This document shows, one piece after another, positions 1 through 10,082 of a DNA stretch of 64,000 bases. The notes below the pieces were generated by a model. The model did not search any database and was not told the origin of the DNA. It worked only from the letters and a program-made list of their open reading frames with translations. This DNA is from a virus: positions 34,119-98,118 of the IMG/VR virus record IMGVR_UViG_3300014656_000018; one strand, 5' to 3'. Made by a program: the position numbers and the translations under genes. Numbering within the stretch: the stretch's first letter is position 1; each line of letters opens with the position of its first letter.

Positions 1-3000
1 TATGAATGTCATGATATGGAGCATTGAGTGTATATGTAATTACCTCTGCCCCATTCTCGATAAAAGCGAGACGTATGGTTGTAATACCGGGATCAATGGC
101 TGTAATTCTAAAGGGTGTATTTGCAATATTAGGATCTATAGCACACTCATCCCTTCCTACACCACCATTGAAATTGCTACCAACGATGCGCAGTGTGGCA
201 TCAGCATCGTCGGCAATACCTGTCAGGCCAGTGCATCCCTTATCTACCAGACCGGCAACAGATAGAATGGTGGGAAGAGGAGGAGCAGTGTCTACATAGT
301 TCAACGCAACAGCGTTAGACCACAGGGTGGCATTCTGGATACGGAAAGTGTATGCTTGATGTCTTGTAAGACCAGCAAAAGCGACATCATCACCATCCAG
401 CGTGAGCATAAGAGTGCCATCACTGGGGTATGTCATGGGGGACAGAGACTGATCTACAGGATAAACACCTGCAGCTGATTGCTCATGAATAAACAGTGCG
501 GCAGTAGTAATACCACCATACTCGAAGGAATAACCTGCAAACACAGCCGTACCGGCTGTTACAGTGCCTGTAGCTCCGGGAATATTGGCTCCAGTAAGAG
601 CATTCAAAGCAATATACGCCGATGTAGCAGGATTGTTTGTTGCCCCCAGAGTGTCAATCTCGTTGGCAGCAATTACACCGACCCCACTGGATGTATCTGC
701 ACCGGTGATGGCAATCAGGGATCGTGCTGTAGCTTCAGTAAGAAGTAAAGTTCTCAAAGAAGTCGGTGTGCTAACACCACCATTATAATTGATATGGATC
801 TGATGATCAGCTCCAGTCAGGGTATATGTAATTGCCTCTGCGGCATTATCGAAGAAGGCTACCTGAATTGTAGTGAGTCCGGGAGCCAGAGCAGCAACTC
901 TAAAGTCAGAGTTGGCAGCAGCACAGTCTACTACACAGGTATCTCTTCCCAAACCTGCATTGAAGTTGGTTCCACTAATGGAAAGCACAGTATCTACGTC
1001 ATTTGCAACACCTGGAAAGTCTGCCCCCATCTTGTCTATCTGATCTGTCTGCGCATCAGCAATAGTTGCAGCCGTTGCAGCAACGCTAGTAACCCTACAA
1101 ACAGACACAGGAGTCGACCACCTACTATTGCCAGCAACCAGGAAAGAGTAAGGATAGTAGCGAGTGAGGCTGGAGAAATCGGCGTGGTTACTGTCCATGG
1201 CAAGCATCAGGGTAGTATCACTAGGATATTCCTGAAGAGATCCGAACTGATTTGAGGGATACACTAACTCTGCTACATCCTGCTCATGTGTAAACCTGGC
1301 AGGGGTAAAGACACCAGCATAACTAAAGCCATAACCACTAAACGTTCCGGCCCCGGCAGTAACCACACCAACAGCGCCCGGAATGTTAGCTCCGGTAAGA
1401 GCGTTGAGAGCCACATAAGCAGAGGTAGCAGGAACTATAGTAGCTCCCAAAGTATCAATCTCACCTGCTCCTATAAGACCAGCTCCGGTACCACCATCCT
1501 CCCCGGTAATCGTGATAAGGGTACGGGCTGTAGCTTCCGCCAGAAGAGCAGTCCTGAGAGCCGCAGGACTAGTAGGAAGAGCGTTATCATACTCAAAATG
1601 GATAGAGTGGACTCCACCTATGAGGGTATAGGTGCAGGTGATCGCCCCAGCTGCTGGAGTATCAATCATGGCGATCTGAATATTTGATGTACCAGGATTG
1701 ATAGCATGAATTCTGAAATCAGCATTGGGAGTTAAAGCTGTAGTAATAACAGCTGTATCCCTACCCAGACCGGCATTGAAATTAGCTCCCTGAAGCTTCA
1801 ACACAGTGTCAGCAAAGGAGTCAATACCGAAGATTTGGGGGACGTTGGCATCGGCAGCAGCAGAATCTATACCGGTAAGAACCGGAGGAGTAGCAGCCGA
1901 GCTGTCTATACGAAGAAGATTGATAGTGTTTGACCAGAGGCTTGTAGCAGCAACTCGGAAGGTATGCTGAGCATAAAGGGTCAAGCCGGAAAAATCCGCA
2001 TGATTGCTATCTACCAGAACACGAAGCTTCGTGTTACTAGGCCTGTCCAGAGGATTGCCGACCTGACTGATAGGATACTGTGTAGCTTCATGCGTGAAGC
2101 GTGCAGCAGTAGAGATGGCAGCGTACTCGAAAGTATGGCTTCCACCAGTATCGGTAGCTGCAGTAACCGTACCTGTTCCGGCTCCGGGAAGATTTGCTCC
2201 AGTCATGGAGGCAAAAGCAATATATGCCGATGTGGCTGGAACAATGGTTGCCCCAAGAGTATCAATGGACCCAGCAGTAGTGATAAAGGCAGCTCCTGTT
2301 TCACCATCATCCGCTGTGATGGCAATCAGGGTAGTGGCTGTAGCCTCTACCAGAAGAGCTGTCCTGAGAGTAGCTGGGGAAGTAGTAGCAGCATTGCTAT
2401 CATACTGAAAATGAATAGAATGCACCCCTCCTATAAGAGTATATGTGCAGACGGGAGCACCCGCCGCAGGTACGTCAAAGAAGGCAAGCTGAATATTGGA
2501 AAGACCTGGATTCAGAGCTGTAATGTAAAAGGCGGTATTCGCATCCCCGGAATCCAGAAGAACTGCATCTCGTCCCACACCAACATCAAAGCCAGTGCCT
2601 CGCAGCTCCAGGGTAGTGTCTGCATCATCGGCGACACCCATCATGGTGCTGTCATTTGCATCAGTCTTGTCTGTCTCTACCCCCTGAAGATAAACAGCTG
2701 AGGACGTTCCCACAGTGTCAACATAACGAACAGCCATCTCATTGCTACGGTATCCGTCAAGAGACAGGGTAAATGGATACAGATACTGGGCAGTCAGAGT
2801 GGCAGTAAATGCAGCATGATCCCCATCTACCAGAACCCTGAGGTAGGTATCAGAAGGAAGCTGTACAGCGGCAACCTGGCTGATAGGATACTGTGCTGCG
2901 GAGTGAGTAAACCTAGCAGCGGTGGAAATACCGGCAAAGCTAAAGCTGGTAGTTTTGGCTGCTCTACTCAGCAAACCATAGGTAACAACAACGCTATCAG

Positions 3001-3530
3001 CGCCGGGAAGGGTGGTTGTGGTGAGCTGCCCAAGACGCACATAAGCGGAGGTAGCCGAGGAAGCAGTAGCCCCCAGGGTGGAAATCTCACCTGCAGTAAT
3101 TACCCCAGCACCAGTCCCTCCTGTGTAAGCCACTACAGCGATAAGACCCAAGGCTGTGGCCTCAGCAAGCACAGCAGCTCTTATGTCTGTCGGGCGGCTG
3201 CCTGCACCCAAACCACCTCCGGTAGAATCATAGACAATATGAATCTTGTGACGGCCATCAGATCCCAAAGTATAGGTACAGGTCTCTGCGCCGGCAGTGA
3301 CATCGTCAAAGAAGGCAACATCAATCTTCGGGTCTCCGGGAACTAAGGCTACGACCCGAATTCCGGAGTTGATGCCTGCTACATCTCCGATCAGGACACT
3401 ATCTCTACCAATACCGACGTTGAAATTTACCCCAACAAGAGCGAGAGTAGTATCTGCATCGTTGGCGATACCATAGTTGAATCCAGAATCCTTGTCCGCC
3501 ACCCCAGCCAGCTGGGTGATGAACGGTCTG
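1..3530 (-). repeat. Degenerate intragenic tandem repeats, ~800-820 nt (~270 aa) period, 4 complete + 1 partial
   Basis: The I-[SD]-T-L-G-A-T...A-T-S-A-Y motif recurs at ~3070, ~2250, ~1445 and ~645. The repeat-end motif (W/R)SN..+..VD recurs at ~2725, ~1905, ~1090 and ~295. Confidence 0.85.
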
Positions 3531-3670
3531 TTGGTACCGGCTTCAAGAGAAACAAAGGCCTCATCAACATCATCACGGAGATCTGCGATCTCTGCTCCGA
3601 TACCACCTGTACCACGCAGAATGTGCGGACGATCAGGGCGCTTCTGTCCAAAAAGTACGCTGTCACCCAT
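1..3670 (-). CDS. Large tandem-repeat virion-associated protein (>1220 aa, 3' end outside window)
   Basis: ATG at 3670 overlaps the upstream gene's stop (ATGGGTGA). Translation starts MGDSVLFGQKRPDRPHILRGTGGIGAEIADLRDDVDEAF. The same frame at position 2 reads ...RITAIDPGITTIRLAFIENGAEVITYTLNAPYHDIH, homologous to the first repeat. Probably missing from the ORF track because no stop lies inside the window. Confidence 0.85.
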   Translation of the reverse strand, partial: MGDSVLFGQKRPDRPHILRGTGGIGAEIADLRDDVDEAFVSLEAGTNRPFITQLAGVADKDSGFNYGIANDADTTLALVGVNFNVGIGRDSVLIGDVAGINSGIRVVALVPGDPKIDVAFFDDVTAGAETCTYTLGSDGRHKIHIVYDSTGGGLGAGSRPTDIRAAVLAEATALGLIAVVAYTGGTGAGVITAGEISTLGATASSATSAYVRLGQLTTTTLPGADSVVVTYGLLSRAAKTTSFSFAGISTAARFTHSAAQYPISQVAAVQLPSDTYLRVLVDGDHAAFTATLTAQYLYPFTLSLDGYRSNEMAVRYVDTVGTSSAVYLQGVETDKTDANDSTMMGVADDADTTLELRGTGFDVGVGRDAVLLDSGDANTAFYITALNPGLSNIQLAFFDVPAAGAPVCTYTLIGGVHSIHFQYDSNAATTSPATLRTALLVEATATTLIAITADDGETGAAFITTAGSIDTLGATIVPATSAYIAFASMTGANLPGAGTGTVTAATDTGGSHTFEYAAISTAARFTHEATQYPISQVGNPLDRPSNTKLRVLVDSNHADFSGLTLYAQHTFRVAATSLWSNTINLLRIDSSAATPPVLTGIDSAAADANVPQIFGIDSFADTVLKLQGANFNAGLGRDTAVITTALTPNADFRIHAINPGTSNIQIAMIDTPAAGAITCTYTLIGGVHSIHFEYDNALPTSPAALRTALLAEATARTLITITGEDGGTGAGLIGAGEIDTLGATIVPATSAYVALNALTGANIPGAVGVVTAGAGTFSGYGFSYAGVFTPARFTHEQDVAELVYPSNQFGSLQEYPSDTTLMLAMDSNHADFSSLTRYYPYSFLVAGNSRWSTPVSVCRVTSVAATAATIADAQTDQIDKMGADFPGVANDVDTVLSISGTNFNAGLGRDTCVVDCAAANSDFRVAALAPGLTTIQVAFFDNAAEAITYTLTGADHQIHINYNGGVSTPTSLRTLLLTEATARSLIAITGADTSSGVGVIAANEIDTLGATNNPATSAYIALNALTGANIPGATGTVTAGTAVFAGYSFEYGGITTAALFIHEQSAAGVYPVDQSLSPMTYPSDGTLMLTLDGDDVAFAGLTRHQAYTFRIQNATLWSNAVALNYVDTAPPLPTILSVAGLVDKGCTGLTGIADDADATLRIVGSNFNGGVGRDECAIDPNIANTPFRITAIDPGITTIRLAFIENGAEVITYTLNAPYHDIH

Positions 3671-4724
3671 GGTTTCCCTCTCCTGGAAAGTTATTGTCCT
3701 GAGCCATCCGCATCAGAATCTTTCTTTGTGGTTGAGGCAAAGACTGGAATATCGCCACCGGATTCCCGCAAAAACCCTTAGCGATATCCTCTCCAAACTG
3801 ACGCTGAAGAAGGTCTCTGCCATTTCGAGCCAATCTCTGGAGATCAGTACCTGTCACCTTATCCATGCCATCTGAGTACTCGTACTCTGTCAGACCCTCA
3901 GATGCTTTTTTACTGAGAGTAGTGGTGAAGGGATCCAAGATATAGCTATCCCAATATGCTGAGATACCAGACCTTGTATCCATCTCTGCCAAGACTTCTG
4001 CAAAAACATCCGGCTGCATCTGTGATGCCATCTTGAAGAGATCACCATAAGCGCCCTTCCAGGATTCATCTTCCAGAATGTCCACCCTACTCTTGATATG
4101 GCCCCAAAGAGAATTAGAGTAGGAGTCTCCAGTATATGCAGCCATCTCTGAAGGGATAGGAAGACCGAAGGCAGAGGCTCGCTTCTCTATGGATAGAGCC
4201 TCTGCTCTCCTATCCTGGGGATGCATTTGCAGAAAATCCTCCCTGAATTTTCTGATGGCGCTATGCGCCTCCTTAATGGTGTCGAGAGGGAGACCGGAAG
4301 CTGTTTTGAACACCACAGGTACCGTCTCTTCCGACTCCCTGATGTCTGTGACAAAGAGGTTCATTTTGTACAGGGCCCTCTCTCCGGATGTAAGACCCGC
4401 CTGCTTCTCCAGCACTGGTGGAACGTCAAGATTATGCCTTCTACAAGCAACAACCAGATTATGGGCAGCAGACTTTCTTATATCCTCCGGGAGGTCATCT
4501 TTCGTCTCCATGAAATATAGAACAGACAGCGCTGTATTTCCAGGATCGACGCAAGCAAACTTTCTCTTCTTCTCCCCTCCGGAAGAGAGGAGTAGGGCAA
4601 AGCTCTCATCCTCAGCATTGGCTACATCTGTTGAAGCCTGCTTGATAAATATAGGTATCCTACTCATATCAGGGAGAAGGCGTCTTAGGAGAGATCCAGA
4701 TAGATCGTCATAAAAGTCAAGCAT
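3663..4724 (-). CDS. Hypothetical protein with six K-x-A-[SG] motifs (putative head-assembly/internal protein)
   Basis: Start moved to ATG 4724 (MLDFYDD), which has an upstream GGAG RBS. Motifs KQAS, KQAG, KTAS, KRAS, KMAS, KKAS. Confidence 0.75.
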   Translation of the reverse strand: MLDFYDDLSGSLLRRLLPDMSRIPIFIKQASTDVANAEDESFALLLSSGGEKKRKFACVDPGNTALSVLYFMETKDDLPEDIRKSAAHNLVVACRRHNLDVPPVLEKQAGLTSGERALYKMNLFVTDIRESEETVPVVFKTASGLPLDTIKEAHSAIRKFREDFLQMHPQDRRAEALSIEKRASAFGLPIPSEMAAYTGDSYSNSLWGHIKSRVDILEDESWKGAYGDLFKMASQMQPDVFAEVLAEMDTRSGISAYWDSYILDPFTTTLSKKASEGLTEYEYSDGMDKVTGTDLQRLARNGRDLLQRQFGEDIAKGFCGNPVAIFQSLPQPQRKILMRMAQDNNFPGEGNHG

Positions 4725-4766
4725 AGGTTCCCACTCTCCGCAACCAATCAGTTGCCTTTGGTTTGG

Positions 4767-4796
4767 ATGATATGATGCCACACCAATCAATGTCAA
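4767..4796 (-). promoter_or_regulatory. Sigma70-like promoter TTGACA-18-TATCAT
   Basis: Consensus -35 and 5/6 -10, about 40 nt upstream of ATG 4724, in the divergent intergenic region. Confidence 0.5.
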
Positions 4797-4820
4797 CAAG
4801 TAGAAGAATTGCAGACAAAT

Positions 4821-4831
4821 TGGTATAAGAA
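4821..4831 (+). promoter_or_regulatory. TGGTATAAGAA promoter-like motif heading the replication operon
   Basis: The same motif precedes plus-strand units at 56785, 57086 and 60583; resembles an extended -10 element. Confidence 0.6.
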
Positions 4832-4868
4832 AGCTGTAGTGATATAACACCTATACAGGAGTTTTTTT

Positions 4869-5306
4869 GTGGGAAATTCATACACTGATAAGTTTCTGAG
4901 GAAGCCCAGGTGCTTTGGTGAAAAGTATGATTCAGAGGATGCTGAGTGTAGAAAGGAGTGTCCATTTAGGGAGGATTGCTACGAGGTGTGGGAAAAGGAG
5001 GTATTCCTGAAGGAGGCCAGAAGAGTACCCACTACGCCCTACTATTATGGAAGGCAGAAAGAGGAGAAAACATCTTCTTATGTTGCAGAAGATAAGCTAG
5101 CTCCTCTTCTGAAAATTGATGAGATCATACCATATGAGGGAGAAGCCTGGTACTCCAGGCTGTGGTGGAATTCTCTATCCTCTGCCCTCAGCGCCATGGG
5201 CCACGAGACTCATATGTTCTTTCGATACTATCGATTTCCGCCAGACAGAAAACTTCTTAGTGGCAGAAAGACTATAGATATAGATGCTGAGGTAAAGAAA
5301 AAATGA
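4869..5306 (+). CDS. Hypothetical protein with N-terminal 4-Cys motif
   Basis: CFG..x..CRKECPFREDC; AGGAG RBS; first gene of the operon. Confidence 0.7.
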   Translation: MGNSYTDKFLRKPRCFGEKYDSEDAECRKECPFREDCYEVWEKEVFLKEARRVPTTPYYYGRQKEEKTSSYVAEDKLAPLLKIDEIIPYEGEAWYSRLWWNSLSSALSAMGHETHMFFRYYRFPPDRKLLSGRKTIDIDAEVKKK

Positions 5307-5488
5307 AATGGATCAGAGCCAAAGTGGGAACCTTAGCTGCAAGCAAGATACTCCACATCAGGGGAAGAATTCAACTGGGTGAGTTTATCGAATGGCGAGA
5401 AATTGGAGAGACTAAGTGGACAAAGACCCACCGAGGATTGATTGATAAGATCAACTCTGATGGGCTTATTTTTGTTGAGAGAATGTGA
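5303..5488 (+). CDS. Small hypothetical protein
   Basis: ATGA/GTGA overlaps with both neighbours. Confidence 0.55.
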   Translation: MKWIRAKVGTLAASKILHIRGRIQLGEFIEWREIGETKWTKTHRGLIDKINSDGLIFVERM

Positions 5489-5907
5489 AAGTGCTACCTT
5501 GGGATATACTAAAAAGAGAGCGTGAAAAAAATAACCTTTCTGGAAGGGATACAGCAGCCAAGGTAGGTATATCCAGGGAGGCACTCAGAAAGATAGAAGA
5601 TGGAAGGCTCATACCTAAGAATATTGTCCTAAGAGGGCTGGTCCGGATATATGGTATAAGCCCCCCTGAAGCTCGGCACCTATACGGATTGGTGTGTAAA
5701 GAGAGAGTAAAAAGATCCTCGATAATAAGGGATTATAATGATCTCAAAAAAGACATAGGTGATATGAAACTGAATAAGCTGGTGTCGAAGATATCTGCGG
5801 ACATCATAGATGCTATACGTAATGGGGATCAGTTAAATAGCTTAGGTCTGTATAAACAGATAGACGAGATAGTAAAAAAATGTGTGGAAAGCTGGGACAG
5901 AAGTTGA
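5485..5907 (+). CDS. XRE-family helix-turn-helix regulator
   Basis: LKREREKNNLSGRDTAAKVGISREALRKIEDGRLIP matches the HTH_3 pattern. Confidence 0.8.
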   Translation: MKVLPWDILKREREKNNLSGRDTAAKVGISREALRKIEDGRLIPKNIVLRGLVRIYGISPPEARHLYGLVCKERVKRSSIIRDYNDLKKDIGDMKLNKLVSKISADIIDAIRNGDQLNSLGLYKQIDEIVKKCVESWDRS

Positions 5908-7238
5908 GGTTTGTAGAAAAGGACACAGGCGCTATTTACTGGGGAACTGAACTATGGCTCCCAAAAAGTAAGGTACCAGTAGAATCAATAAAAGCAAGCC
6001 TGACCTTTGATGTAGGTGATGACAGGATATGTGTCTGGAAGGAAACAGATAAGCATATAATCACCCCCAGAGAGCTGTTCAGTCCCGAAAACCTACAAAA
6101 TTTCCATTGTCCTATTTTTGATGTAAGGCAGAGAGAATATGATGTAGTACATTTTCAAGACCGTTTCTTACCTAGAAGCCAGGTACAGGAAGATGCCTGG
6201 AAAGTTTTATCAAAAGCAGGTTGTGGTGTAGTTAATATAGCTTGCGGGGGTGGTAAAACAGGATTGGCTCTAAAGAAGGCAGCACAGCAGAGAGGTCCCA
6301 CACTTGTCGTCATAAATAACACAGGAACGGGTAAGCAATGGATGGAAGAGGCAAACAAGTTCCTGGGATTGGGTAAGGATGAGATTGGCCTTGTAAAAGG
6401 ATCCATATTCGATTGGAAGAAGCCTCTGGTGATAGCTACCATACAAACACTCTCAAAGAGGGCAGAGCAGTGGCCCGATGAGTTCCTGAGGAGATGGAAA
6501 ACAATTATCTTCGATGAAGTTCATCATACCTCTGCCAGAGTTTTTTCTAAAGTGCTTCCTTTATTTCATGGAATAAGAATAGGACTGACTGCAACCCTAC
6601 ATAGGGAAGATGGCCTTGAGGATATTTTCCTCTATCATGTAGGTCCTGTCATTTTCTCTGATCTCAGCCAGGAACTACCGGCAAAGATATACTTCCAACA
6701 GACTCCATTCTATTGCTCCATGACAGACCCAAATATTTTAGACATCAGAGGAGAGTTCAATATAGGCAAATTCTATGCTTACCTGGGCAGAATGGAGGAT
6801 AGAAACAGTTTTCTGGTTGAACACATAAGTAGAGCCCTATTCAATGGGAGAAAGATCTTGGGGTTTACCCACAGCAGGGAACACACAGAGCTACTCCATA
6901 AGGTTATAGAAGAGAGTGGGGTAATTCACGGAGGCATCAAAGCGGGAGACAGGCTAAGGATACTGAGGGAGTGCAGAGCAGTATTTGCCACCCCCGGCTG
7001 TGCTGAAGAGGCAATGGATGATCCAGCTCTGGATACTATCATGTTCTTCACACCATACCAGGTATGGAGAACCTTCCAACAAGGAATAGGGAGATCACAA
7101 AGAAGGTTTGGCGATAAAAAGGAACCCATGGTTGTTTTATTTGAGGATATCCGTATACCACCATCCAGGGGACTATATAACCAGCTGAGAGGACATCTGA
7201 GGAAGTTTGGTTATGATTTCAGTACGGTAAAGATCTGA
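5880..7238 (+). CDS. Superfamily 2 DExH helicase (UvsW/XPB-like)
   Basis: Walker A CGGGKT, DEVHH, motif III LTAT, motif VI QGIGR. The true start may be slightly downstream. Confidence 0.9.
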   Translation: MCGKLGQKLRFVEKDTGAIYWGTELWLPKSKVPVESIKASLTFDVGDDRICVWKETDKHIITPRELFSPENLQNFHCPIFDVRQREYDVVHFQDRFLPRSQVQEDAWKVLSKAGCGVVNIACGGGKTGLALKKAAQQRGPTLVVINNTGTGKQWMEEANKFLGLGKDEIGLVKGSIFDWKKPLVIATIQTLSKRAEQWPDEFLRRWKTIIFDEVHHTSARVFSKVLPLFHGIRIGLTATLHREDGLEDIFLYHVGPVIFSDLSQELPAKIYFQQTPFYCSMTDPNILDIRGEFNIGKFYAYLGRMEDRNSFLVEHISRALFNGRKILGFTHSREHTELLHKVIEESGVIHGGIKAGDRLRILRECRAVFATPGCAEEAMDDPALDTIMFFTPYQVWRTFQQGIGRSQRRFGDKKEPMVVLFEDIRIPPSRGLYNQLRGHLRKFGYDFSTVKI

Positions 7239-7936
7239 TGTACAGGACACCTAAAGAGATAAGAAGTGCGTGGGGAGATTGTAGGCGTTGTGGTCTGCGT
7301 GCAGGGGCCAAGAATATGGTGTTTGGGGAAGGAAACTCCAATGCAGACATAATGATCATAGGTGAAGCCCCTGGAGAGTGGGAGGATTCTACCGAGGTTC
7401 CCTTTATTGGAGAGTCCGGAGACGTACTCACTCTGTTTCTCCACAACACCAAACTACTAAGAGAGGCCTTCACAGACAGGGAGCTTGACGCCCTACAGGC
7501 TGGGACGTTGCAGGGTGTAACCATAAGAGAGAAGAGAAACAACATATACATGACAAATCTGGTACAGTGCAGGCCACCAGACAACCGAAACCCCAGCGAT
7601 ATTGAGGTAAAAGCTTGCTGGCCCAGGTTAGCGGCCCAGATCTACTCTGTGGACCCCATGCTGATAATCGCCCTGGGGGGCGTTGCTGCAAGATTCCTGA
7701 TGGATAGGGATGTAACAATCACTACGGAGAGAGGGAGCGTGCTTGATATAACCTTTCCCGGACTGACGGGGAATTATCAGATTCCGGTCATGTTGTGTCT
7801 ACATCCAGCATATTTGATGAGAAATGCTGATAGGAGGCCTGGAGGGATCTGGGAGAAGATGCACAATGACCTGGAGATGGCAAAGACAATAGTGGAGACA
7901 GCCAAGGCTGCTTATAGGGGTGATAATGTCCACTAA
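7238..7936 (+). CDS. Family 4 uracil-DNA glycosylase (Fe-S)
   Basis: CRRC, VFGEG, GEAPG..E, PFIG.SG, TN.VQCRPP.NR.P, HPA motifs. Confidence 0.92.
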   Translation: MYRTPKEIRSAWGDCRRCGLRAGAKNMVFGEGNSNADIMIIGEAPGEWEDSTEVPFIGESGDVLTLFLHNTKLLREAFTDRELDALQAGTLQGVTIREKRNNIYMTNLVQCRPPDNRNPSDIEVKACWPRLAAQIYSVDPMLIIALGGVAARFLMDRDVTITTERGSVLDITFPGLTGNYQIPVMLCLHPAYLMRNADRRPGGIWEKMHNDLEMAKTIVETAKAAYRGDNVH

Positions 7937-8354
7937 AGAGATTGACGAACTTCAAAAAGAGTTGGGGAAGATCAATGATACAATGATCGAAGTAGAGGAA
8001 AGGGCCTCTCAGGAATTCATGGATTGGTACAAATTACATGAGAGAAGGAACCAGGTGATAGAAAAGCTCAGGGGGGTTATACGTCAGACCCCGTTTGAGG
8101 GTAAGAGCTTCAACTATGGGATGTTCAGAGTGACTAGAGCAGTGAGAAGGGAGGTAGATATCTCCGAGCTTAGGAAAAAAGTACCAGAAGCCTTCATACT
8201 TCCAGGTGTTGTAACCAAGGTTGATGTAAAGGCTTTAGAATCAGCTATTGCTTCCGGAGATATTGATAAAGAGAAGGCAGAGATGATTAGGGGCTGCTTC
8301 TCCGAGGAGGAGGATACTCCTCGCATTCATGGACCCAAGATAGTAGACCTATGA
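7926..8354 (+). CDS. Hypothetical protein
   Basis: Coupled ORF in the operon with a helical N-terminus. Confidence 0.7.
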   Translation: MSTKEIDELQKELGKINDTMIEVEERASQEFMDWYKLHERRNQVIEKLRGVIRQTPFEGKSFNYGMFRVTRAVRREVDISELRKKVPEAFILPGVVTKVDVKALESAIASGDIDKEKAEMIRGCFSEEEDTPRIHGPKIVDL

Positions 8355-8689
8355 AAAAGCAATCCTGGGCAGCTGTTAGAAAAAGGGGGGAGCTGCTGAT
8401 GAATACAGATACGGAGAGGGAAATGCCGAAAAAAGCTAAAGATGAATATACCAATCTAGTTGGGGATGGGAAAGCAAAGGTACACCGTATGGTAACACTG
8501 GGGATGTCCAAAGAGATAGGACGTAACTTCTGGGTAAAGGCAGATGTCGGAGCCATCTGTGAGCTGTCATGTAACCAAGATGAGGCTACCATATTGAAGG
8601 CAGGAAAGCTGGCGCAGGAGTTGGCCAGCAGCTGGGCTTCTGATGAGTTTGGTGAAGCTAATAGCTTCATTGACAGCTTCAAATCATGA
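8351..8689 (+). CDS. Hypothetical protein
   Basis: Coupled ORF; start uncertain. Confidence 0.6.
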   Translation: MKKQSWAAVRKRGELLMNTDTEREMPKKAKDEYTNLVGDGKAKVHRMVTLGMSKEIGRNFWVKADVGAICELSCNQDEATILKAGKLAQELASSWASDEFGEANSFIDSFKS

Positions 8690-9018
8690 AGAGTGCAAGG
8701 TGCAAAATCTCTGGGGCTATATTGATGGAGGGCAACTTCAGGGGGAAGGATCATCCCGAAGGGCCCATGCTTACTTCATCCTTTGCGTATATAATGGAAG
8801 GAAGAGAGGGATTTGAGACCTGCGGAAAGATAGATTTTATATCCCCAAAATACTATAACGCCTGGCCAGAGGACATCAAAAATAGGTTGAATGATCTGGT
8901 AGAAGCCTTGGAGAATCACTTTATCAACGACAGCGGACTATTTGAAGGTAATGAGGAAGTAATACATGCCACTATCCCTACAAGACCTACAGAGCAGCGG
9001 GAACCTGAAGAGTTTTGA
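8686..9018 (+). CDS. Hypothetical protein
   Basis: ATGA overlap with the upstream gene. Confidence 0.65.
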   Translation: MKSARCKISGAILMEGNFRGKDHPEGPMLTSSFAYIMEGREGFETCGKIDFISPKYYNAWPEDIKNRLNDLVEALENHFINDSGLFEGNEEVIHATIPTRPTEQREPEEF

Positions 9019-10039
9019 TGATATCCGTGAGATGGTACATGAGAGACATGATAGGAAATTTCCAGATAAGATAGTAGATCTCAATGAAACAACAATAACG
9101 GAAAACATGCATATACATGTTCCGGGTTTTGGTATCTTGGAACCTACAGACTGGGCTTTGAATCAAATTGGACAATCTCTCGGAATAAAGTGGAAGAAGT
9201 GGTTCGGCCTGTACCAGGAGAATCCCGTAGTAACTGCCAAGGAAGCACAGGAGGAGCTGAGTAGAAGATTCAATCGTATTCCCAATATGGGTAGAATGAT
9301 TCGAGCCAGCCATCATGAAACTGCCAGTGCCAAATCAGATGGTGTTCTGGAAGCCTTTCTCAGCCCAACATACGTACCCATCGATGATGTAAGGATCTTT
9401 GAAAGATTGGCCATCTCCTTCGGAACTCAGATGGATGAAATGATGGTTCTGGACTCTCCTATAAGATCTATCGGTGGGAGGTGGGGATGGGGGTGGGGAA
9501 ATGATAGAACATCCCATTACACATTCATAACCGGGGAGGAGAGGGATCTAGGACAAGACAATGAGACAGATAATCACCTAGCCGGATTTCATATGAGAAA
9601 TTCCGAGTTCGGTGCTGCATCTCTGACTCTGGATGATTTCTGGTTCCGGATCATCTGTATGAATGGTCTGATGGCCATGGTTGATAATGAGAGGCTTCTA
9701 TATAGGCAGCACAGAAACATTGAGAACTCTGATATAGACGACCTGATCAGAGAGGGATTTGGTAAGCTGAAGGGCAGACATGAGAGGGTACTGGGCGCTC
9801 TAATCCGGGGTAAGAATGAGCATATAGCCGATCCGCAGTTTGACCTGGAAGAGGTTCTGAGGAGGGGGAAGCAGAGTGGGAAGCTCATAGAGAAAGCCCA
9901 GCTGGCCTGGGAGGAGGAGGAGGAATTCAGCAGGTTCGGTATGGTACAGGCAATTACCAGAGCTGCCAGAGATATCACCGATCCTGACCACAGATATGAG
10001 CTGGAGCTTCTCGCCGGAAGATTTCTTCTTGTAAACTAG
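8966..10039 (+). CDS. DUF932-family protein
   Basis: FLSPTY..IDD, G..+RNSEFG..SL, FRIICMNG, RQHR and terminal ELE..AGR.L motifs are typical of DUF932. Confidence 0.8.
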   Translation: MPLSLQDLQSSGNLKSFDDIREMVHERHDRKFPDKIVDLNETTITENMHIHVPGFGILEPTDWALNQIGQSLGIKWKKWFGLYQENPVVTAKEAQEELSRRFNRIPNMGRMIRASHHETASAKSDGVLEAFLSPTYVPIDDVRIFERLAISFGTQMDEMMVLDSPIRSIGGRWGWGWGNDRTSHYTFITGEERDLGQDNETDNHLAGFHMRNSEFGAASLTLDDFWFRIICMNGLMAMVDNERLLYRQHRNIENSDIDDLIREGFGKLKGRHERVLGALIRGKNEHIADPQFDLEEVLRRGKQSGKLIEKAQLAWEEEEEFSRFGMVQAITRAARDITDPDHRYELELLAGRFLLVN

Positions 10040-10082
10040 ATAGTTAATACTAACTGGGTGATTCTGAACAGGAAATCATCTA

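Noticed and set aside
2-3346. Series of plus-strand Cys/Ser-rich ORFs in the track
   Set aside because: They are antisense shadows of the long minus-strand repeat gene.
4725-4850. N-terminal extensions given by the ORF track (also at 13446, 16674, 37655, 46331, 59095)
   Set aside because: They overlap neighbours or promoters; downstream starts have better RBSs or stop/start coupling.
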